A stretch of 53,667 nt of DNA from Ignavibacteria bacterium GWC2_36_12 (GTDB taxonomy: Bacteria; Bacteroidota; Ignavibacteria; Ignavibacteriales; Ignavibacteriaceae): positions 1-53,667 of the forward strand of contig MGZZ01000089.1 in assembly GCA_001802795.1 (NCBI GenBank), written 5' to 3'. The translations under genes were made by a program, and so were the position numbers. Positions 45,537 to 53,667 of the stretch are shown piece after piece; the stretch's first letter is position 1, and each line of letters opens with the position of its first letter. Below the pieces are notes generated by a model that had not been told where the DNA came from, searched no databases, and was given only the letters and a program-made list of their open reading frames with translations.

Positions 45537-45949
45537 TCTATTGAAACGATCCAGGCATCCTTAAACTCTTCTTTCTCCCTTATCTGATTTCTTACAAGCT
45601 CAGCATCTTTTTTAGTAACAAATTTTTTATCCACTTGTACTACAAAAAGATTAACATCGCTGCTGTAAGAAACTGTTACCTCCCTTCCAAGCTTATTTTT
45701 ACTTTCATCTGCGAAAAGTTGTGCCCTCCGCCTGGTAGTAAAAGCGCCTATCTGAATAAGAAAATAGGAATTTTCTTTTTCAAGGGATTCATTTTCTACT
45801 TCGGGTTTGTCTTCAGGACTATCATCAAATACATATATTTCTTCATCTTCACTTCCTTCTTCCTGACGTGTTTGCTCAATTGAAGAAGAGCACGAAGTTA
45901 AAGAAAACATTAAAGACGTAAATAATAAAAATAAAATTACTCTTACCAT
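45530..45949 (-). CDS. SPOR domain-containing lipoprotein
   Basis: Start taken at MVRVILFLLFTSLMFSLTSCSS (lipobox). An acidic linker follows. The C-terminal SPOR domain is YFLIQIGAFTTRRRAQLFADE...FVVQVDKKFVTKKDAELVRNQI. Confidence 0.8.
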   Translation of the reverse strand: MVRVILFLLFTSLMFSLTSCSSSIEQTRQEEGSEDEEIYVFDDSPEDKPEVENESLEKENSYFLIQIGAFTTRRRAQLFADESKNKLGREVTVSYSSDVNLFVVQVDKKFVTKKDAELVRNQIREKEEFKDAWIVSIEK

Positions 45950-45999
45950 TATAAACTCATGCCGGTTTTTATATAACGGAAAAATAAACAATTAATCCC

Positions 46000-46500
46000 T
46001 TATTCAATCGTGAATAATTCAGAACCTTTTTCAACTGCCTTCCCTTCTTTTGCCATTATTTCTTTTATACTTCCTGTAGCGGGCGAACGAATATCATTTT
46101 CCATTTTCATCGCCTCGAGAATTAAAACAGAATCACCTTGAACGATTTTTTCACCAACACTTTTTTTTACTTTAACAATCATTCCGGGCATTGGTGCTTT
46201 CACAGTAACTTTAGAATGTTGCACAGCCGTGGCACTTATCAGGCTTGTTGCTCTATCCTGAAGAACTGTACGAACTAATGTTTCAAATACCTGCCCCTTT
46301 AATGTCACAAAATATTTTGCATCCCCACCTGGTTTTACCGACATCAGGAAAGTTTCATTATCTATTTTTAATAAGTAAGTATTTCCGTTTAATGCTGATA
46401 AAGTATATTCGTGTTCCAGGTCATTTATTTTCAGTTTGCCGTTTTCACTGAACCCTATCTTCACCCTTTTCTTATTAACCGATACGATAAATTCATTCAT
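46000..46500 (-). CDS. biotin carboxyl carrier protein (biotinyl domain, acyl-CoA carboxylase type)
   Basis: 166 aa. The C-terminal biotinyl domain has the EAMKMEN biotinylation motif. The N-terminal roughly 90 aa is unlike classical AccB. Confidence 0.85.
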   Translation of the reverse strand: MNEFIVSVNKKRVKIGFSENGKLKINDLEHEYTLSALNGNTYLLKIDNETFLMSVKPGGDAKYFVTLKGQVFETLVRTVLQDRATSLISATAVQHSKVTVKAPMPGMIVKVKKSVGEKIVQGDSVLILEAMKMENDIRSPATGSIKEIMAKEGKAVEKGSELFTIE

Positions 46501-47986
46501 TCAATAAATCCATCCACTTATTGGAGTCAGAATTATTGCCGTCAGAAAGAATTTTTTCGCTTAACGTGCTCTGTTTCTTTAGTATTGCAGAAAAGATAGC
46601 AGGGATTTTTTCCGTGGAAATTCTTTCAGGATTTTGAGATTTTTTGTTGAGAAATTTTCTCTCCACAAAGTTTATATCAAAATTGTTTTTAATGAAATCC
46701 TTATGTTTAAATATTTCCAAAAGAAACGGGATATTAGTAACCGGACCGGCAATATGATATTCAGCTAAGGCTCGTAACATGCGCTCAATTACAGAATTTC
46801 TATCGCTGCTGTAACAAATAAGTTTTGAAATTAGCGGATCGTAATAAAGGGAAATTTTTGAACCAGTCATGAAACCGTCATCTATTCTAACACCGGGACC
46901 AGCTGGTTTTATATATTCAATTATTTCACCGGTCGAAGGGAGAAAATCATTCAGAGGATCCTCTGCATAAATCCGGCTCTCGATTGCATGTCCTCTCACC
47001 TTTATATCTTTCTGGCTGAAACTTAATTTGTTACCGGCAGCAATCAGAATTTGTTCTTTAACTAGGTCAATCCCTGTTATTAATTCTGTAACAGGATGTT
47101 CTACCTGCAGTCTCGTATTCATTTCGAGAAAATAAAAATTCTTATTTTTATCCATCAGGAATTCAATTGTACCTGCATTATAATATCCACATGCTTTAGC
47201 AGCACTTATGGCTGCTGTTGTAATTTTTTTTCGTGTTTTATCATCAACAAAAACAGAAGGAGCCTCCTCAATTATTTTCTGATGCCGTCTTTGAATCGAA
47301 CATTCTCTTTCATAAACGTGAACATAATTTCCATATTTATCAGCCAGTACCTGAACTTCAATATGACGGGGAGATTCAATATACTTTTCAATATAGACTT
47401 CATCGTTTCCAAAAGCTTTTAATGCTTCCCTCTTTGTCGCTTCAAAGGCAGAACCAAATTCCTTTGCGGAGGTAATTTTTCTCATCCCTTTTCCGCCGCC
47501 GCCGGCAGAAGCTTTTAGCAGAACAGGAAAACCAATTTGCTTACTGAAATGTATTCCTTCATCAGTATTGTTAACTGGTTCAGTTGTACCGGGAACAACA
47601 GGAACTTTGTTTTTCATCATCAATCTTCGGGCGTCTGTTTTCTTCCCCATTAAAGCCACAGACTTAGACGATGGTCCGATAAAAACAATTCCTTCATCTT
47701 CGACTGCTTTTATAAAATATGAATTCTCGGAGAAAAACCCATAACCCGGATGAATTGCCCGGGCTTTTATTTCCTTTGCGAGATTAATAATCTTTTCTTT
47801 ATTCAGATAGGAAGATGATGCCTGAGATTCGCCAATTGAATAAACTTCATCGGCAAGAATTGTATGTAAAGAATGTTTGTCTGCTTCGGAATAAACTGCA
47901 GCCGAAATTATCCCCATATCTTTGCATGCTCTTATTATTCTTACAGCTATTTCTCCCCGGTTAGCAATAAGAATTTTCTTAAACAA
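46493..47986 (-). CDS. accC: biotin carboxylase subunit (acetyl/propionyl-CoA carboxylase)
   Basis: 497 aa. Begins KILIANRGEIAVRIIRAC. ATP-grasp region (GFPVLLKASAGGGGKGMR), then EMNTRLQVEHPVTE. A roughly 45-aa C-terminal extension is present. Has an 8-nt overlap (ATGAATGA) with the carrier gene. Confidence 0.9.
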   Translation of the reverse strand: MFKKILIANRGEIAVRIIRACKDMGIISAAVYSEADKHSLHTILADEVYSIGESQASSSYLNKEKIINLAKEIKARAIHPGYGFFSENSYFIKAVEDEGIVFIGPSSKSVALMGKKTDARRLMMKNKVPVVPGTTEPVNNTDEGIHFSKQIGFPVLLKASAGGGGKGMRKITSAKEFGSAFEATKREALKAFGNDEVYIEKYIESPRHIEVQVLADKYGNYVHVYERECSIQRRHQKIIEEAPSVFVDDKTRKKITTAAISAAKACGYYNAGTIEFLMDKNKNFYFLEMNTRLQVEHPVTELITGIDLVKEQILIAAGNKLSFSQKDIKVRGHAIESRIYAEDPLNDFLPSTGEIIEYIKPAGPGVRIDDGFMTGSKISLYYDPLISKLICYSSDRNSVIERMLRALAEYHIAGPVTNIPFLLEIFKHKDFIKNNFDINFVERKFLNKKSQNPERISTEKIPAIFSAILKKQSTLSEKILSDGNNSDSNKWMDLLNE

Positions 47987-48056
47987 AAAAGCCTCTGTTT
48001 ATTAAAGTAAGAATGATAAGTATAACTTAAGATTTAAATTAGTTATTCAAAAATTT

Positions 48057-50396
48057 TTATTTGAGTTCCGCAATTGTAATTCCGTCGCCGCCTATTTCAA
48101 TTGGAGCAAAATAAAAAGTTTTTACCCTGTTATGATGTAAAAGTATTTCCTTAACGGTTTTTTTAAGAGCGCCCGTCCCTTTCCCGTGTAAAATTTCTAT
48201 TCTTTCTAACCCGGCAGCGTATGCATTATCAACAAATTTATTAACCTCGAATTCGGCTTCTTCGGGGCGTTCGCCTCTTATGTCGAGACGCATTTCTACT
48301 TGGAAATTAATAAATGAATATTCCCTCTCCTTTTTCTCTTCGATCTTTTTTGCCGAATGAATAAGATTTTGTAAAGGTACCTGCATTTTTACAGTGCCGA
48401 CAAGCAGGGTTGCTTTTTTAGAATCGTGAAACATTTCAAGAATCTTTCCTGTAGTATTAGTTCCTTTTACAGAAACAAAATCCCCTACATTAAAATCTGT
48501 ATTAATATCTTCAGTTGTTTCAGGGAGAATTGATTTATTTCTTTCTTTAATCTCTTTAATAATTTCCTGCGAGGATTTTATTATTTCTTTCTCCGCTTTT
48601 GATTCTTTTAGTTCTTTAACAATCTTTTCAAATTTCTTGTTGATGTTTCTTATATATTCTTCTGCTTCCTCTTTTGCTTTAGCAAGAATTTGTTTTTTAT
48701 CTTTTTCGAGTTTCTCCAGGTTTTGCTTATACAAATTAGAAAGACCGCTTAACCTGAGGTTTTCTATTTCAACATTTTTTAATTTCTCCTCTACCAAATG
48801 AGATTTTGCTTCAATATCGACAAGGAATTTCTCTAATTTATGTTTATCCTTATCAAGATGTTCTTTTGCAAGATCGAGGAAACTATTTTCCAGCCCAATC
48901 CTTCTTGCTATTTCAAAAGCATAGCTGGAACCCGGAATTCCTTGCTTAAACATATAAGTCGGTTTGAGATTTTGAGAATCAAATTCCATCGCAGCATTTT
49001 CGAAACCATCCTGATCATGAGCTATTAGTTTTAAGCTTCCATGATGCGTGGAAGCAAAAACCAGCGCATTTCTTTTTTGTAACATTAAAAGCACTGCAAC
49101 AGCTAGTGCAGAACCTTCGGAAGGATCGGTTCCTGTGCCTACTTCATCCAGCAAAACTAGTGAATCGGAATCTGCAGACAAAAGTATTTTTTTGATGTTA
49201 GATAAATGGGAACTGAACGTTGAAAGATCATCTTCTATAGATTGTTCATCCCCGATATCAACTAAAATATTATTAAACTTATGAAAGTTGGAATCCGGGC
49301 TTGCCGGGATATGAATTCCGCTTTGAAGCATTAATGACAGTAGTCCAATAGTTTTTAAAACAACGGTCTTACCGCCGGCATTAGGACCCGTAATTACAAT
49401 TACATTCCATCCTTTGTTTTCAAGATTAAGGGGAACGGTTTTATCACGACCGAGTTTTTTAATAAGTATAGGATGCCTCGCATCCTGAATTACAATAGGT
49501 TTGCTTTTATCTACCTGGGGAAAGGAGCCAATTATCTCAATCGAATACTTAGCTTTTGCAAAAACTGAGTCGAGATAACCGATAGTATCGTGTGTGCTTT
49601 TAAGCTCTTCAGCAACAGAACCTATTTTTGCAGTAAGTTCTCTTAGTATTCTTTCAATTTCTCTTCTTTCTTCAAATGAGAGCGAAACTATATCATTATT
49701 CATCTCAAGGGTTTCTTCAGGCTCTATATAAACTGTTTGACCCGTAGCAGACTCAGAATGAATGAATCCCCTTATGTGTCTTTTGTGCTCAGCTTTTACG
49801 GGCACCACTACTCTGCCGTCCCTCAAAGTTATATAGTCTTCTCTAACTAATTCTTTTTCTTTTAATGCTTTGGTTATCCTGTTTACCAAACGAATAAGCT
49901 CTTCGTGTTTTTCCCTTATATCTCTTCTTATTTCTGCAAGTTTCGGGCTGGCGTTTTCTTTTATTTCGCCATTTTCGTTAATTACTTTTTGTATATGATG
50001 TTCAAGAACTTTGTCAACGAATAAATCATCTGTAAGTTTTAGTAATCCCGGAGCAACTTCTGAGTTTGATTTAAGATAATGGACAAAATTTCTCGAAGAT
50101 ATAATCAGTGATAATATCTCAAGTATTTTCTTGCTTTCAAGTACAGCTCCTTCAATTTTACTTTTTGAAAGAGATGTTTCCAGATCAGTTAGGTAAATCA
50201 GTGGAGGATGAATATCTTTTATAAGGATTTCTTTTGCCTCACTAACCAGGTTACCTTCTGTAATAAATTCGGGGGAACTGAATGATGGGGTAAGAGCCTG
50301 GACTATCTTTTTCCCCTTTTCTGTAACGCTATAAACAGATATATATTGAAGGATTTTAGGAAATTCTAATTTCTCGAGTACCGACTGTGAGATCAT
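48057..50396 (-). CDS. mutS2: endonuclease MutS2 (MutS ATPase + C-terminal Smr domain)
   Basis: 779 aa. Walker A GPNAGGKT, then LLDEVGTGTDPSEG and STHH, a long coiled coil, and the Smr domain (LDIRGERPEEAEFEV...ILHGKGTGALK). Confidence 0.95.
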   Translation of the reverse strand: MISQSVLEKLEFPKILQYISVYSVTEKGKKIVQALTPSFSSPEFITEGNLVSEAKEILIKDIHPPLIYLTDLETSLSKSKIEGAVLESKKILEILSLIISSRNFVHYLKSNSEVAPGLLKLTDDLFVDKVLEHHIQKVINENGEIKENASPKLAEIRRDIREKHEELIRLVNRITKALKEKELVREDYITLRDGRVVVPVKAEHKRHIRGFIHSESATGQTVYIEPEETLEMNNDIVSLSFEERREIERILRELTAKIGSVAEELKSTHDTIGYLDSVFAKAKYSIEIIGSFPQVDKSKPIVIQDARHPILIKKLGRDKTVPLNLENKGWNVIVITGPNAGGKTVVLKTIGLLSLMLQSGIHIPASPDSNFHKFNNILVDIGDEQSIEDDLSTFSSHLSNIKKILLSADSDSLVLLDEVGTGTDPSEGSALAVAVLLMLQKRNALVFASTHHGSLKLIAHDQDGFENAAMEFDSQNLKPTYMFKQGIPGSSYAFEIARRIGLENSFLDLAKEHLDKDKHKLEKFLVDIEAKSHLVEEKLKNVEIENLRLSGLSNLYKQNLEKLEKDKKQILAKAKEEAEEYIRNINKKFEKIVKELKESKAEKEIIKSSQEIIKEIKERNKSILPETTEDINTDFNVGDFVSVKGTNTTGKILEMFHDSKKATLLVGTVKMQVPLQNLIHSAKKIEEKKEREYSFINFQVEMRLDIRGERPEEAEFEVNKFVDNAYAAGLERIEILHGKGTGALKKTVKEILLHHNRVKTFYFAPIEIGGDGITIAELK

Positions 50397-50914
50397 TGTA
50401 ACGTGTCTTTATCTCTTATATATTCCTTTATTATTTCTTTAGGTTCAGCTTTATACTGGCTTACATATTCAATAGTTACAGGAATTAAATTATATATCTT
50501 ATAATATAAAAAGGAATTCTCTCTCGATTCTTTAGCCGGGGTGTTAAAAATGTTAAGAATAATTAAAAACGCACTCACAAAGAACAATATCTGCATTGTT
50601 CCTACTAAGCCACCAACAAACTGATTAACAAAATTATTTACTTTATCAAATGGATGAATGTATCTTTTTAAGATAGAAAAAACAAAAATAATAACAAGGA
50701 AAATTATTACTCCGCCAATTATTTCAGAAAGGTAAATTTCAATTCCCGTAATAGATTCGATTATTTGCCCTAGCCATGAAGCATATTTAACAGCTAAAAA
50801 AACTGCAAGAATAAATCCAATTAAGCCGATCAGTTTTCTAATGAACCCGTCTTTATAGCCAAGCACAAATCCTATAAAAATGATGACTAATATTATTATA
50901 TCAAAAATGTTCAA
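50393..50914 (-). CDS. cvpA: CvpA-family membrane protein
   Basis: 173 aa. Begins NIFDIIILVIIFIGFVLGYKDGFIRK, with four TM helices typical of colicin V production protein family members. Confidence 0.8.
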   Translation of the reverse strand: MNIFDIIILVIIFIGFVLGYKDGFIRKLIGLIGFILAVFLAVKYASWLGQIIESITGIEIYLSEIIGGVIIFLVIIFVFSILKRYIHPFDKVNNFVNQFVGGLVGTMQILFFVSAFLIILNIFNTPAKESRENSFLYYKIYNLIPVTIEYVSQYKAEPKEIIKEYIRDKDTLQ

Positions 50915-51369
50915 GCACTTCCCAAAAATTTTTCAACTTCCTGTTTAACTATTTTCCCATCTGCTTTTCCTTTAAGCTCTTTCATTACGAGCGGCATTAA
51001 TTTAGGAAAATCCTCTTTGGATTTTGCACCCACCTCAGAAGCTATCTTCGCAATTTCTTTCTGTATTCCATCTACTTCCAGTTGTTTAGGCATATATTCC
51101 ATTAATATGTCCAACTCCTTTTGTTCTTTATCAGAGAGATCATTTCTTCCGGCATTTTTATATTGTTCGATAGATTCTTTCCTCTTTTTAACTGCTGTAC
51201 TGAGAAGCTTTATTTCCTCCTCCGGATTAAGTTGTTTGTTATTGCCGCTTTTTTCAAACTCAAGAATTAATGCACGGATAGAACGAACGGTTTCCAGTCT
51301 TACTTTATCTCCGCTTTTCATTGCAGTTTTCATATCCCCAGTAATTTTCTCTTTAAGATTCATATTCAC
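50911..51369 (-). CDS. GatB/YqeY domain-containing protein
   Basis: 152 aa. Motifs LKEKITGDMKTAMKSGDKVRLETVRSIRA and EQYKNAGRNDLSDKEQKELDILMEYMP fit the YqeY family. Confidence 0.9.
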   Translation of the reverse strand: MNMNLKEKITGDMKTAMKSGDKVRLETVRSIRALILEFEKSGNNKQLNPEEEIKLLSTAVKKRKESIEQYKNAGRNDLSDKEQKELDILMEYMPKQLEVDGIQKEIAKIASEVGAKSKEDFPKLMPLVMKELKGKADGKIVKQEVEKFLGSA

Positions 51370-51378
51370 CTCATAAAT

Positions 51379-51416
51379 TGAAAAAGGCAGGTTAAAATTA
51401 TAATAAAACCTGCCTT
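51379..51416 (-). terminator. rho-independent terminator after exbD
   Basis: AAGGCAGGTT (51384-51393) pairs perfectly with AACCTGCCTT (51407-51416), with a 13-nt loop. On the minus strand the hairpin is followed by TTTTTCAATTT. Confidence 0.7.
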
Positions 51417-51450
51417 AACATCTAAAGTATTTTTATTTTTTAATAATTAT

Positions 51451-51864
51451 TTAAATCTTAACTGTAGCTGAATAATTTATTCTTAAACAATAAGCTTTTC
51501 TTAACTCCTGCTGAATATCGGTAACAAATCCCATATCGGAACCTTTATCGACTCTTAACGAAACTATTATATTGGGTAAACTCTGACGTTTAGCATACAT
51601 TATAGATTGGACTTCGTTCATTTTAATTATACTGTCATTAACCTGGATTCTTTTATCTTTACCAACCCATATATAAGAAACCAACCTTTTGTTTTCTATT
51701 TTTTCTATAGCTTTAGCTTCAGGCAGTTTAAATTCAACAAGTAAATCTACCTCTCGAAGTGTAGTGACAACCATAAAAAACATTAATAACATAAACACAA
51801 TGTCGGGCATCGAGGTAGTGGGTATTTCCAGTTTTACCTTAGCCCTTTTCTTTTGAAATTCCAT
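51451..51864 (-). CDS. exbD: biopolymer transport protein ExbD/TolR
   Basis: 137 aa. Has the N-terminal TTSMPDIVFMLLMFFMVV anchor and the periplasmic ExbD fold. Confidence 0.85.
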   Translation of the reverse strand: MEFQKKRAKVKLEIPTTSMPDIVFMLLMFFMVVTTLREVDLLVEFKLPEAKAIEKIENKRLVSYIWVGKDKRIQVNDSIIKMNEVQSIMYAKRQSLPNIIVSLRVDKGSDMGFVTDIQQELRKAYCLRINYSATVKI

Positions 51865-51881
51865 TTATGACACCTTAAATT

Positions 51882-52415
51882 TTATTTTTTAACAGCTTCA
51901 GGCTCTGCAAGCGAAATAATGATAGGAACTTTGTCTTTTACAATTTCCTGGTCTTCAACACTAAGATCATTGAACTTATTTCCATAATTAGACGAGGAAT
52001 ATTCATCTCTTACTTCAAAATAAGCCTGCTTAATCTGATCCAAAGCCTGAATATAAGCATTATAGTTTGTCTTACGATCTGTTTTTACGGAGACAATTAA
52101 TTTCTTATTTGATGGTAGTTCGATTTTCGAAACTATTCGGGGCTTGAGATTATTCTTAACCTGGAAAATAGAAGTTGGATTTCCATCAACAAGTACATCG
52201 CCGTTTTCATTTATCAGAACCGCAGCCATACGATCTTTAGGCACCTCAACAGTCTCAGGATCCTCTATGTATTCGGGTAACGTTAATCCTATTCCGGTAT
52301 CAACATCGATTATTGTAGATACAAGAAAAAATAAAAGTAACAAAAATGCTAAATCCGCCTGGGAAGCTGTGGGAATGTCTACTGATCTAACAGTTTTTTT
52401 CTTCAATAAAGCCAT
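51882..52415 (-). CDS. exbD: biopolymer transport protein ExbD/TolR (second copy)
   Basis: 177 aa. Has the anchor SQADLAFLLLLFFLVS and the periplasmic ExbD domain. Confidence 0.85.
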   Translation of the reverse strand: MALLKKKTVRSVDIPTASQADLAFLLLLFFLVSTIIDVDTGIGLTLPEYIEDPETVEVPKDRMAAVLINENGDVLVDGNPTSIFQVKNNLKPRIVSKIELPSNKKLIVSVKTDRKTNYNAYIQALDQIKQAYFEVRDEYSSSNYGNKFNDLSVEDQEIVKDKVPIIISLAEPEAVKK

Positions 52416-52435
52416 ATTTTATCTCTATTTAATAA

Positions 52436-53131
52436 CTATAATTTCTTTTCTTGATGCATTTGATACAAAGTATCAATCAACTCAACCGAGCTCTCTTCCA
52501 TTCCTGCAACAAGCTTGTCTATCTGGGCAATAAAATAATTATAGAACACCTGTAATATCATTGCTACCACAAGCCCAAACAAAGTAGTTAAAAGAGCTAT
52601 AGCAATACCTTCTGCAACGATAGAAGGCGAAATCTGAGCCGCTTCCTTTATAGCATCAAACGCTGCAATCATTCCCTGGACGGTTCCGGTAAAACCTAAC
52701 ATGGGCGCAAGTGTTATGAAGAGTGAAATCCATATTAAACCTTTTTCCAGGAATCCCATTTCTATGCCGCCGTAAGTCATAATGGCTTTTTCTGCAGCTT
52801 CTATACCTTCATTTGCTCTTAACAAACCTGCTTGAAAAACAGATGCTACCGGTCCTCTTGTTTTTGAACAAACGTCCATGGCAGCCTCAACGCCTCCGGT
52901 TTCAAGAGCTTTCTTAACTTTAATTATAAAATCTTTTGTATTTACGCGGGCACGGGATAGTGTCCATAACCGCTCTAAACACAAAGCTAACCCTACAACT
53001 AAACATCCTAAAATCGGATGCATGAAAAAACCGCCGTCGTTATATTTTTGTGTTAACCAGTTTAGTGCCCCTTCACTTTGAGCCTGAGCAATGACATTCA
53101 ATGTACTTAAAATAAATGTTGATAAAACCAT
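52436..53131 (-). CDS. exbB: MotA/TolQ/ExbB proton channel protein
   Basis: 231 aa. The C-terminal motif LAPMLGFTGTVQGMIAAF...VAEGIAIALLTTLFGLVVAM is typical of ExbB/TolQ. Confidence 0.9.
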   Translation of the reverse strand: MVLSTFILSTLNVIAQAQSEGALNWLTQKYNDGGFFMHPILGCLVVGLALCLERLWTLSRARVNTKDFIIKVKKALETGGVEAAMDVCSKTRGPVASVFQAGLLRANEGIEAAEKAIMTYGGIEMGFLEKGLIWISLFITLAPMLGFTGTVQGMIAAFDAIKEAAQISPSIVAEGIAIALLTTLFGLVVAMILQVFYNYFIAQIDKLVAGMEESSVELIDTLYQMHQEKKL

Positions 53132-53273
53132 ATAAAGTATCCTCCAGATGATTATTGTTGATGCTATAGATAGAATGAAAACCGCATAATTTTTGAAATA
53201 TATTTATGTTACAATAAAGATTTTGAAAAACAAAGTCAACCACATATTTTCTTGTTAACAATCAGAAAAGACA

Positions 53274-53667
53274 TTATATCTGAAACCTATGAGTAAGATT
53301 AATGATATTGCCGGTAATGAAATTATAGTTATTAAAAATGCTGCTTACCAATTCTCCGATTTCTTTTGGTTTAATCCATTTCGTATAGTCTGCATTTGTA
53401 ATCCATTCCCTGTTAGCAGGAGTATCAATTATTAATGGAGCAATTGCATTTGCTGTCATTTTTATTTCTTTCCCTTCTAAGGCAAGACTTTTGACAAGAT
53501 GAATTAATGCAGCTTTCGAAGAGTCGTAAGCGGATTTCTTTTTCTCCGGATAAATACCTGTAAAGGCTGCAGTAAAACAGATTGAACCTCCAGCGGATTC
53601 TTTCACTATACCGGAAAAATGTTTTGCAATAAAAAAACTCGACTTAAAATTAATACCGATCATTTTA
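53274..53667 (-). CDS. short-chain dehydrogenase/reductase (SDR), C-terminal part only (gene runs off the right window edge)
   Basis: Catalytic YxxxK is present (SAYDSSKAAL), with the typical downstream sequence (NAIAPLIIDTPAN). The Rossmann N-terminus is missing, and the frame is open to the window end. Confidence 0.75.
   Translation of the reverse strand, partial: KMIGINFKSSFFIAKHFSGIVKESAGGSICFTAAFTGIYPEKKKSAYDSSKAALIHLVKSLALEGKEIKMTANAIAPLIIDTPANREWITNADYTKWIKPKEIGELVSSIFNNYNFITGNIINLTHRFQI

Noticed and set aside
1-53667. Looked for CRISPR arrays, transposases/IS ends, integrases, phage modules, toxin-antitoxin pairs, restriction-modification or other recognisable defence systems, and rRNA genes.
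   Set aside because: None found. There are no regularly spaced direct repeats and no DDE, tyrosine or serine recombinase motifs. The only nuclease (HNH, 35879-36361) belongs to a small housekeeping-type family and has no methylase or ATPase partner.

Overview
This is a 53.7 kb, visibly AT-rich chromosomal segment. It most likely comes from a member of the Fibrobacteres-Chlorobi-Bacteroidetes (FCB) group, Ignavibacteriota- or Bacteroidota-like (inference). The grounds: three intact proteins end in the type IX secretion system (T9SS) C-terminal sorting domain (..NYPNPFNP..), and there is a Bacteroidota-style hybrid two-component regulator with an AraC output. There is also an exbB-exbD-exbD cluster, a GWxTD protein and a GldE-like CNNM protein next to ssb.

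The left part (1-21.7 kb) is envelope and accessory in character:
- SnoaL-like lipoprotein.
- Membrane-anchored AraC regulator, followed by an FG-GAP/ASPIC T9SS cargo and a TPR/retropepsin-like protease.
- Outer membrane beta-barrel protein.
- Hybrid sensor kinase divergent from a MacAB-type efflux operon (adaptor, ATPase, two FtsX permeases).
- ICMT-family methyltransferase and tRNA-Arg(TCG).
- LytS/LytTR pair followed by a second FG-GAP/ASPIC T9SS cargo.

The right part (21.7-53.7 kb) is mostly long minus-strand arrays of tightly packed or overlapping housekeeping genes: tadA, adk, ftsE, pdxA, rho, folC, pyrD, pyrK, dacB, rluB, scpB, scpA, trpS, acpS, ssb, a biotin carboxylase with its carrier protein, mutS2, cvpA, yqeY and exbBDD.

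I see no transposase, integrase, phage gene, CRISPR array or rRNA.

Items worth a second look:
1. A self-contained three-gene operon of pilin-like proteins with degenerate prepilin motifs and no pilus machinery nearby (43075-45479).
2. An orphan T9SS C-terminal domain remnant lying in frame directly behind the TAG stop of an MlaD-like gene (39548-39775).
3. A family of short structured repeats occupying the internal spacers of the efflux operon. One is an NGATNCC heptamer array whose 20-nt core recurs exactly inside the coding linker of the hybrid kinase.
4. An HNH endonuclease whose conserved N-terminus lies upstream of any usable start codon.

All product calls rest on motif recognition by eye. 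No database search, folding or statistics could be run.
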